NCBI GenBank assembly: GCA_963699545.1
Contig: CAVOUE010000010.1
Location: 64,001-128,000, forward strand
Reading direction: 5' to 3'
Length of the DNA stretch: 64,000 nucleotides
Source of the DNA: Nitrospirota bacterium
GTDB lineage: Bacteria > Nitrospirota > Thermodesulfovibrionia > Thermodesulfovibrionales > UBA9159
Each line of letters starts with the position of its first letter. Within the stretch, counting starts at the first letter, position 1. A model generated the notes under the pieces. The model saw only the letters and a program-made list of their open reading frames with translations. It did no database searches and had not been told where the DNA came from. Both the position numbers and the translations under genes were made by a program. This document shows positions 53,834 through 64,000 of the stretch, one piece after another.

Positions 53834-54877
53834 TTAATCCAGTTTAGGTTTCGGAGTCTGATCGGTTGGGACCGGCAAAATCGGGTATTCGACTTTCGGT
53901 TGGATACCGGTGGTCGCCTTTAAGAATCCGACGATCTTGTTCGCCTCGCCTTCGGCGATCGTTGCGCCTAATTGGGCAGATCCCATGACCTGCACCGCCT
54001 CTTTGAGACTCCACACCTTGCCTGAATGAAAATATGGCGGCGTCAGCTCTATGTTCCTGAGGGACGGTGACTTAAAGACATGTTCATCCCCCTTAGTCCC
54101 GGTTACTTTGAACCGGCCCATATCTCCGGCCATGATCTCCTCTTTCGGTTTTTCCACTACACCAAAGGGGAAGTATCCGGTCCCGCCCATATTTAAGCCG
54201 GAATGACAGACAGCGCAACCCTTATCCATGAAGAGCTTGAGGCCCTCTTTCTCAGTGACATTGAGGGCATTACCGTCTCCCTTGAGATACCTGTCAAATC
54301 GTGAACCGGGTGTAATAAGAGTAGCCTCAAATGCTTCTATAGCGTCCGCCATGTTGTCAAATGTCACAGGATCTTTATCGGATGGGAAGACCTTTCCAAA
54401 CATAGCCACATATTCAGGCATGCTTTTCACCGCCTTGATTACCAGCTCAGGCGTGTTGTTCATTTCAACAGATGCCTGAACCGGCCCCTTTGCCTGCTGT
54501 TTCAGATCCTCTGCCCTTCCATCCCAGAACTGCGCGATGTTAAAGACAGAGTTCAGCACGGTGGGCGCATTCCTCGGGCCTTTTTGCCAGCGGTGGCCTA
54601 CTGAGGTCTCCTGGAAGTCAGCGCCGCCCATCCCCACATTGTGGCAGGTGTTGCAGCTTATGAGGGCGCTCGCAGAGAGTCTTGGCTCAAAATAGAGCAT
54701 CTTGCCCAATTCCACTTTCACAGGTGCAAAGGATTTCCCTTTTACCGTCGGCACGTTCTCCGGAAGCGGTTTGAACATGCCCTGAGCCCTTTTCATCACA
54801 TCGTCTTGAGCAAGAACGGTGGACGCCATAAACATCAGCAAAACCATCGCGAGCGCGACGAATCTTATTGTTTTCAT
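53834..54877 (-). CDS. Di-heme cytochrome c peroxidase
   Basis: Signal peptide, CNTCH, QFWDGRA, CAVCH, PYFHSG. Confidence 0.92.
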   Translation of the reverse strand: MKTIRFVALAMVLLMFMASTVLAQDDVMKRAQGMFKPLPENVPTVKGKSFAPVKVELGKMLYFEPRLSASALISCNTCHNVGMGGADFQETSVGHRWQKGPRNAPTVLNSVFNIAQFWDGRAEDLKQQAKGPVQASVEMNNTPELVIKAVKSMPEYVAMFGKVFPSDKDPVTFDNMADAIEAFEATLITPGSRFDRYLKGDGNALNVTEKEGLKLFMDKGCAVCHSGLNMGGTGYFPFGVVEKPKEEIMAGDMGRFKVTGTKGDEHVFKSPSLRNIELTPPYFHSGKVWSLKEAVQVMGSAQLGATIAEGEANKIVGFLKATTGIQPKVEYPILPVPTDQTPKPKLD

Positions 54878-54970
54878 GTCATTCCCTCCTTCAGATTCAT
54901 AATCAGCAACGAGGTCATTACGCGTCGTTTCCCCTCTTCCTCCCTGGCATGTCCCAACGGAAGAAGCGCG

Positions 54971-55443
54971 TTATTTTTCTTGCACCTGCGTCGTCAAAAA
55001 AATAGGCAGCGTCATATGGGAAATCTGGTCCTGGAGTTCCTCGATTTCGTCGATATGCCCGTCCTCGTCATTCAGGATATGTTCGAGAATTTCCGGGTCG
55101 CGAAGTCGTTAACTTCGCCCGCCAGTTTTATTGCTGCATTGTACGCCGCGATAGCTCCTTCTTCAGCGGCATGGTCATTGGCGACCTGTTTGGGAATGTC
55201 GCTGCCGATGTGTATCCCCTTCAGATTTGATACGATAGGAATGCCTTCGAGAAAAAGTATTCTCCCGATGAGTTTCTCAGCGTGCTTCATCTCGACAATG
55301 GCTCGCTTTTCAATATGTTTGTGCAGTTTCTCATAGCCCCAGCCGGCGCATATCTCGGAGTGCACCATGTACTGGTTGATTGCGCTAAGTTCGTCAGCAA
55401 GAAGTGAATTTAAAGCCTCGACAAGTTTCGGATTTCCTTTCAT
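54971..55443 (-). CDS. bfr: Bacterioferritin (frameshift ~55092)
   Basis: MKGNPK..ELSAINQY..EMKHAE, with EILEHILNDEDGH in the shifted frame. Confidence 0.88.
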
Positions 55444-55665
55444 CTTACAAAACCTCCTTTTCAGATATTATTATGTTCGACTTGACCGTTGATATTGTAT
55501 CATGTTTTCGGCTGTACCTTCGTCAGTTGCGTCTATCCTTATCCACCCCTCCGGCCGCTGCGGTTGCCTCACCGAAAGTCAAGGCTTCCAGGCATGAGGC
55601 AACGACAGTTTTTTTTGGCTGCTCCCTCCCCGATAAAGGGAGGGAGTCCGTTGAATGAATCGTTC

Positions 55666-56196
55666 TTACTTAACCACACCACAGGCTACACGCGCTCCGC
55701 CGCCACCCAAAGGAGCCGGCTGATCGGAATAGTTGTCCCCGCCTGCATGGATCATGAGAGAGCGGCCCTTGACATCGGACATCTTGAGTCGCGGAGCAGT
55801 GACGGCAGTGGATGCTGTTCCGTCAGCCCCGACGGTGAGTGCCGGAAGATCGCCGAGATGTCCCTTGCCCTCGTGGCCTTCATGCTTGCCTGTTGCGGCT
55901 GGATCATAGTGTCCGCCTGCGGCAAGGCCGGGAACCTGCTTGCCGTCCTTCATTCCTGCCGCGCAGTCAGGGTTCTGGTGAACATGGAACCCATGGAGCC
56001 CAGGCGTCAGATCGGTGAGCTTCGGGGTGAATACCAGACCCTTCGGTCCTTCGGATATCGTGATTGTGCCGATGCTCTTTGCCGACACCCTGTTCGTTCA
56101 CCAGATTCATCGTTACCACCGACGTCAGCGGCAAACACCGGGAACGCCGCCAGAAGTGCCCACGACAACAACTGACAGCGATAGTGATAGTTTCAT
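55666..56196 (-). CDS. sodC: Cu/Zn superoxide dismutase (N-terminus frameshifted)
   Basis: [30 protein letters not shown] plus ATG at 56196. Confidence 0.9.
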
Positions 56197-56291
56197 TTGT
56201 GTTCCTCCTCTGTTTGATTATGTTGAAGGTTCATGCCTTAGCTTACTGTTTTTCTCCCAGTTAGCAGCCCGTGCAGACCTTTATGCCACGA

Positions 56292-58547
<2,256 letters not shown>

Positions 58548-58728
58548 TTATTCCATTTTTCGATCCGACTGATGCGCCAACAAGCAAGTAATTAACTGTT
58601 TTCGTCAGTTTCTTCTTTTCTGCCATACAATCTCCTTTCCTACCTTCATGTGTGCTTCTGCAAAAGGCTGAGCACTGAAGTTGGACCCTCAAGGCAGGGT
58701 GTGCTATTCTTCGTGCCGACCTTCTCAC

Positions 58729-59223
58729 CTAAATAGGAACGTATTCCGAAGCGCCCGGAAGAAAAACGTTATCGTCTTCTTCTTGCCCCTGCACTCTTTA
58801 CAATAACCGTAGTATTCAAACCGCATGCCCTGACAGGCTCGAAAACCGGTCTTCTCTTTACCATCTCGGAGGAGAACAGGCACTTCACTCTCAAAATCCT
58901 CTATCTTTCCACACGTTCATGCAGATCAGATTGAGATGATTTGAAACCGTAATATCATAACGGTTATCTCTGTCATAAAACTCAAGTTCCCGTATCAGTC
59001 CCTCTCTTTTCAACATATCCAGGGTGTAATAAACCGTTGACAAGCTGATTTTAGGCAACTTCTTCCTGATCCCTTTGAAAATATCTGCAGCTCCGGGGTG
59101 CGACATGTCATTTGACAGAAACCTAATAATCTCAAGTCTCTGGGGGGTCAGTTTATATCCCTTCTCCCGGAGACTCGCTGTTAATTTCTGTTCTTTGTCC
59201 TGTGGCCCTGGATGGCTCTTCAT
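58729..59223 (-). CDS. Fur/PerR-family regulator (frameshifted 3' half; end approximate)
   Basis: KLTPQRLEI, HPGAADI, SLSTVY, NHLNLIC, later YGYCKEC. Confidence 0.8.
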
Positions 59224-59246
59224 CTTCGGAATGATTCCTGATTAAA

Positions 59247-59274
59247 AGTATACATCTTTTTTGTGCTTTGTCAA
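59247..59274 (-). promoter_or_regulatory. Sigma-70 promoter of the Fur/PerR gene
   Basis: TTGACA-N16-TATACT, followed by the GGAATCATTCC dyad (possible autoregulatory site). Confidence 0.55.
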
Positions 59275-59479
59275 GTTAAGTATTGTTACCTTCCTTTTGT
59301 TGTTTCATCGGTGGATACCAGTGCTCCCCCTCGAAAGAAAAGCAGCGAGGCGGGGGCACGCCGAAGATGGCCAAGTCGTTGGCGCGTTAAAGGCCAATGC
59401 AACCATGGCTTGCTCATTGATTCCCGATCCTAAGACGGTCGCTCTCGCCCATCTATACACGCGTATATCTCCAGCGAGC

Positions 59480-59716
59480 TTAATCAAATTTCTTCTTTTC
59501 ATCACAATTCTTCCCCGAACCGCTAATAACAACTTTTTTGCAGCCGCACTCCATATTGCCCTTTGCCTTTTCAAAAGCCTCCCTGCCTTCCCTGAATGAA
59601 AGCCCCGCAATCACGATCGCTCCTATCGACTCGAGGCCGCCGGATCCGGTAAGTTCATAACCTGCACTCGCCATGAGGAGGACCGCAGAGAGCTGAATAC
59701 ACACACGTTTGCGCAC
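59480..59716 (-). pseudogene. C-terminal fragment of a membrane (cation-transporter-like) protein
   Basis: Two TMs ending REGREAFEKAKG..CGC, with no N-terminal part. Confidence 0.4.
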
Positions 59717-59761
59717 GCGGTTCCCTTTTTCATTTCACTGAAACAATGTTATATTTCCTCT

Positions 59762-61009
59762 ATGCACCATTCAGGCAGCAGGCTTCCCTTCCACTACGGC
59801 TGGGTCATCGTCTTTACCGGAACCCTCTGCATCCTTGCGTGCCTCGGTTTTGGACGTTTCGCCCTGGGCATGCTCCTGCCCTCCATGGCATCCACCCTCC
59901 ACCTGAGCTATTCCCAGATGGGGTTTATCAGCACCGCAAATTTCCTCGGATACCTCATTTCAGTCCTTGTAAGCGGCTTTCTTGCCGTCAGGATGGGAGC
60001 GCGGAGAGTCATCTTCTTTGCCCTGCTCCTTGTGGGGATCTCGATGATGCTGGTGAGCCGTGCAAAAAGCTTTGAATACGTCCTTGCCCTCTACTTCCTG
60101 ACCGGTATCGGAAGCGGGGCGTCCAACGTACCGCTCATGGGTCTCGTCTCCCACTGGTTCGCCAGCACCATCCGGGGCAGGGCAGCGGGATTCATTGTCA
60201 TAGGGAGCGGTTTCGCCATCATCATCTCCGGGAAGCTCATCCCCTTCATCAACAGGCTTGTGGGTCAGGAGGGATGGAGAATGAGCTGGCTCGTACTGGG
60301 ATGCCTTGTTCTGATGGTCTCTTTCATCGGTCTTTTCCTCCTGCGGAATAATCCTGAGGAGAAGGGCTTACGGCCAATCGGCAGTGATGATACTGCGCCC
60401 TTTTACTCACAGATCATCGACAAGATGGCAGCGAACGTTTACAGAAAACACGTCATCTATCATCTGGGTGCCATCTATTTCCTCTTTGGCTACACCTATG
60501 TGATCTATGCCACGTTCATCGTTACCACCCTGGTCAAAGAGAGGGGGTTCCCCGAAACAGTGGCGGGTAATTTCTGGTCATGGGTCGGTCTTTTAAGCCT
60601 TGTTTCAGGACCGGTCTTCGGCACCGCGTCCGACAAACTGGGCAGGAAGACAGGCCTCATTATCGTCTTTTTCCTCCAGATGCTCGCATATCTCCTGGTC
60701 GCAACAAAACTGCCAGGCGCGTTCCTGTACCTGTCCATCGGCTTTTATGGTATCGTTGCCTGGAGCATACCATCCATCATGGCAGCAGCCGTGGGCGACT
60801 ACGTGGGCGCGCAGAAGGCGGGCCAGGCCTTCGGCTTCATTACTTTTATCTTCGGTTTCGGTCAGATCATCGGCCCTGCGGTGGCAGGCGTCCTCGCGGA
60901 AAAAACCGGAAGCTTTTCACAAAGCTTCTCTATGGCTGCAGTATTTGCGGGAATCGCTATTCTGCTCGCTGCATTTCTGAAAAAGCCGGCATCAAGGCAA
61001 AAGCAATAG
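59762..61009 (+). CDS. MFS transporter (YbfB/YjiJ-like)
   Basis: GFGRFALG, ~12 TMs, SDKLGRK. Confidence 0.85.
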   Translation: MHHSGSRLPFHYGWVIVFTGTLCILACLGFGRFALGMLLPSMASTLHLSYSQMGFISTANFLGYLISVLVSGFLAVRMGARRVIFFALLLVGISMMLVSRAKSFEYVLALYFLTGIGSGASNVPLMGLVSHWFASTIRGRAAGFIVIGSGFAIIISGKLIPFINRLVGQEGWRMSWLVLGCLVLMVSFIGLFLLRNNPEEKGLRPIGSDDTAPFYSQIIDKMAANVYRKHVIYHLGAIYFLFGYTYVIYATFIVTTLVKERGFPETVAGNFWSWVGLLSLVSGPVFGTASDKLGRKTGLIIVFFLQMLAYLLVATKLPGAFLYLSIGFYGIVAWSIPSIMAAAVGDYVGAQKAGQAFGFITFIFGFGQIIGPAVAGVLAEKTGSFSQSFSMAAVFAGIAILLAAFLKKPASRQKQ

Positions 61010-61144
61010 GCTGGGAATAATATGCCAAAGGGGGCAGAAAGCCTCCCGAGAGACGCGGAACGACAGACCACCAGTCTCTTTGCCGGCATACTCGCTACCC
61101 AGGAATTCAGGAATAGTCGGTCACGACAGATACTGAGAAGCTCA

Positions 61145-62227
61145 TCAGCGAAGCTGTATGCACTCCACGATGTCCAGCTTCCCGAAGTCCATGCATCCGT
61201 TACACGATATGCAGTCAGCCACCTCTTTGCCTTCTCTGAACTTGTTCGGAAGTTCCGGCTCCCTTATCAACGGCCTTGAAAGAGAAATGAGGTCTGCCTC
61301 GCCTTTCCCGAGTACGTCCTCCATGACGGACCGGGACCTCATACCACCAACGACAATGACCGGTATATGCAGCTTGCTTTTAAACGTCTTTCCGTAACTT
61401 CTGAAATATGCCTCGTCGGCAGGGCTCAAAATATCAGGCTGGGCGGTCTTCAGGTTCGACTCATACATCCCCCCGCTCGCTTCAACGGCGTCAAGCCCCA
61501 GTTCCTCGAGCCGAAGGGCTATTCTCACCGCTTCATCGACCTTCAATCCGCCTTCCATGAGATCATCAGCATTCATCTTTATCAGGAGAGGATAATCGTC
61601 CCCCACCTCTTTCCTCACCACTTTATAGACCTCTTCCGTGAAATGGAATCTCCTCTCCTCATCTCCACCCCAGTAATCATCGCGCCTGTTGGTGTAGGGG
61701 GAAAGGAATTCGCTCACAAGGTAGCCGTGGGCCCCGTGGATCTGGACGGCGTCAAACCCTGCGATCCTCGCCCTCCTTGCGGCATCCGCAAAGGCATCGA
61801 TGACCTTCCATATCTCTGCGTCGGTCATTGCCCTGGGCATTATCTTCGTTGAAGTGTCATACACTGCTGATGGAGCCAGAGGGTCGCTGCCTCCCAAAAG
61901 GATAGGGAAGGACTGCCTGCCTCCGTGCACAAGTTGAATGGCGATCACGCCGCCGAGCTCATGCACGGCAGAGGTGAGCTTCCTGAGCCCCTGGATATAA
62001 ATGTCGCTGTGGATGCAGGTCATCTGGGGAATAGTCCTCCCTGACGGATGCACCAGGGCATTGCCGGTGATCATGAGCCCTATCCCTCCCCTCGTGAGAT
62101 CTTCATAGAGTTCGATCAGGGACTCTGTCACAAAACCGTCCTCGTCCGCCCTCTTCTCGTAGGTGGCGGAACGAACGAGACGGTTTTTGAGATTCAAACC
62201 GCTGAAAGAAAAAGGTTCAAATATCAT
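61145..62227 (-). CDS. NADH:flavin oxidoreductase (OYE family)
   Basis: NRLVRSAT, IHGAHGYL..FLSP..NRRDD, CISCNGC. Confidence 0.9.
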   Translation of the reverse strand: MIFEPFSFSGLNLKNRLVRSATYEKRADEDGFVTESLIELYEDLTRGGIGLMITGNALVHPSGRTIPQMTCIHSDIYIQGLRKLTSAVHELGGVIAIQLVHGGRQSFPILLGGSDPLAPSAVYDTSTKIMPRAMTDAEIWKVIDAFADAARRARIAGFDAVQIHGAHGYLVSEFLSPYTNRRDDYWGGDEERRFHFTEEVYKVVRKEVGDDYPLLIKMNADDLMEGGLKVDEAVRIALRLEELGLDAVEASGGMYESNLKTAQPDILSPADEAYFRSYGKTFKSKLHIPVIVVGGMRSRSVMEDVLGKGEADLISLSRPLIREPELPNKFREGKEVADCISCNGCMDFGKLDIVECIQLR

Positions 62228-62237
62228 GATTGCCTCC

Positions 62238-63206
62238 TCACAATTTTAATCGTATAGCCATTCGTATCGCCTCTATCATGCTGGATGGATCTGCGATCCC
62301 TTTCCAGGCGATATCGTACGCAGTCCCGTGATCGGGTGACGTCCTGATAATGGGCAACCCCACCGTAACATTCACTCCCGTATCAAAGGCTATCATTTTC
62401 AGAGGGATCAACCCCTGATCATGATACATGCAGACAACGATATCGAGCTCGCCTTTATAAGCCTTCCGAAATATCACGTCAGGAGGATAAGGACCTTCCA
62501 CTCCAATCCCTTCCTCCCTTGCCGCCTCTATCGCAGGAACGATCTCCTCCGCCTCCTCCGTCCCCAGTATCCCCGATTCGCCCGCGTGGGGATTGAGCCC
62601 GGAAACAGCGATCACCGGTCTCCCGACGCCCAACATGTCACAGGCCTTCCTAGCGAGGCGGATGGTCTGCAGCACTCGCTCCTTCGTCACAAGGCCGGGG
62701 ACATTCCTTAACGCCGTGTGAATCGTCACCAGGATGACCTTCAGGGGTCCTCCGGCAAGCATCATGGCATATTCTTTCGCCCCTGTGAGTTCAGCGAGCA
62801 TTTCCGTATGCCCGGGCCAGGGGAAACCGGCAAGTTTCACCGCTTCCTTTGAGATGGGCGCGGTAACCACACCATCCACCCTTTTTTCGACCGCGAGTCC
62901 CACCGCCTTCCTTATGTAGCGGACACAGGCCGCCCCGTTTTCCTTGTCCGGTTTTCCCCTCTTAAAGGTGCTCAGGGATCCGGAGTGGATGCACCACAGG
63001 GAGGCAGGTGAAGAAACGGCTTCATCCACCCTCTCGATCTTCCGTATTGCCAGGGGAACCCTGAACGCGGAGACTGCTTCTTTTATCACAGAGAGATCAC
63101 CGATGACAATGGGCAGACATTCGCCGGATATGGCAGGCAACGCCTTAACGACCACTTCAGGCCCTATGCCTCCGGGATCTCCGGTGGTTATGGCCAGCTT
63201 TTTCAT
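62238..63206 (-). CDS. pdxA: 4-hydroxythreonine-4-phosphate dehydrogenase
   Basis: GDPGGIGPE, GHTE, NPHAGE, YHDQG, SPDHGTA. Confidence 0.93.
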   Translation of the reverse strand: MKKLAITTGDPGGIGPEVVVKALPAISGECLPIVIGDLSVIKEAVSAFRVPLAIRKIERVDEAVSSPASLWCIHSGSLSTFKRGKPDKENGAACVRYIRKAVGLAVEKRVDGVVTAPISKEAVKLAGFPWPGHTEMLAELTGAKEYAMMLAGGPLKVILVTIHTALRNVPGLVTKERVLQTIRLARKACDMLGVGRPVIAVSGLNPHAGESGILGTEEAEEIVPAIEAAREEGIGVEGPYPPDVIFRKAYKGELDIVVCMYHDQGLIPLKMIAFDTGVNVTVGLPIIRTSPDHGTAYDIAWKGIADPSSMIEAIRMAIRLKL

Positions 63207-63344
63207 GGTGTGAGCATGTCCTTACGGATAGTGCTATGCCTCCTTTAATGATTTCACTATAATAATACCAGACGGGAATAATTTCTATTTCAGCGGAGGG
63301 GGAAAATGGGTTGTGAAGATGCTGCTTCCTGCTGGAAGCTCATT

Positions 63345-64000
63345 ATGTCCGATATTTCGAAAAACAGAGGACTACTGTCTGTCATAGAGAAGTTTGCCCG
63401 CGAAAACAGAGCGCCTGCACCCATAGTGTTCGGCACTTCCGGCTGGCGGGGCGAGATCGGCACCGATTACACTTTCAACAACGTGCGGGTGGTGACGTCG
63501 GCCATCATCGAAATGTTCAGGGCCGAAGAGGGACCCGTGCTGCAGGCCATGGGGGTGAACGGCTTTGAGGAGATAAAGAGACGGGGCGTGATCGTGGGCC
63601 ATGACAACAGGTTCCTCGGCCCTGATTTCGCCATGGAAGTGATTGGGCTTCTCCAGAGGGAGGGCATCAGGACATGGTATGCGGGGGAAGCGCCCACTCC
63701 GGAATTTTCTGCCGGGATCGAGATGTTGCAGGCAGCTTGTTCCATAAACCTTACCCCTTCCCATAACCCTGCAAATTACGCCGGCTTCAAGTTCAACCCC
63801 TCTGACGGCGGTCCCGCGGGATCCGAGATCACTGAGAGGATAGAAGAGATCTCCAACAGGATGATGAATGAGGCGGTTGTTATTGCAGCGGGAAGACCTG
63901 AAAGGTCGAGAAGATCGATCTTGCTGCGCTGTACCTCGACTACATAGAACAGCGAAAGACGCTTGACCTTAAAGCTATCCGGGAGTTTGTCACAACCTCG
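63345..64000 (+). CDS. Phosphoglucomutase/phosphomannomutase family (partial; frameshift ~63905)
   Basis: FGTSGWRG, GHDNRF, TPSHNP..NGxK-like FKFN. Confidence 0.85.

Overview
A 64 kb stretch of bacterial chromosome from a probably anaerobic organism. Gene content and the split atpF'F-H-A-G-D-C operon suggest Nitrospirota/Thermodesulfovibrionia or a similar lineage, which is an inference only. Housekeeping genes (trmJ-like, rluB, aspS, degP-like, tsaC, rfbACBD, Lon-like, xerD, cysK, atp, bioF, pdxA, pgm) are interrupted by four accessory blocks. (1) 7.3-12.9 kb: a complete corrinoid methyl-transfer cassette (corrinoid protein, MtaA/CmuA-type MT1, MtrH-like MT2, RACE activator) divergent from a DcmR-like HTH-MEDS regulator. 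This is the most interesting system and is a candidate anaerobic methyl-halide or methyl-sulfide utilisation module. (2) 13-22.8 kb: an osmotic/ion block (ClC, Na/Ca antiporter, DUF5752-TreT-sensor-fused OtsA-OtsB) bounded by homologous HPP 3' ends. (3) 26.4-30.8 kb: a defence islet (type II R-M plus HTH-Panacea/RelE-like TA). (4) 53.8-59.2 kb: an oxidative-stress island (PerR/Fur, high-GC katG, sodC, bfr, ccp). Heptamer tandem repeats occur inside coding sequences, and a candidate ~160-nt structured RNA follows atpC. About 15 genes carry small frameshifts, many in homopolymers, most likely sequencing indels. No rRNA, tRNA or CRISPR array was recognised.
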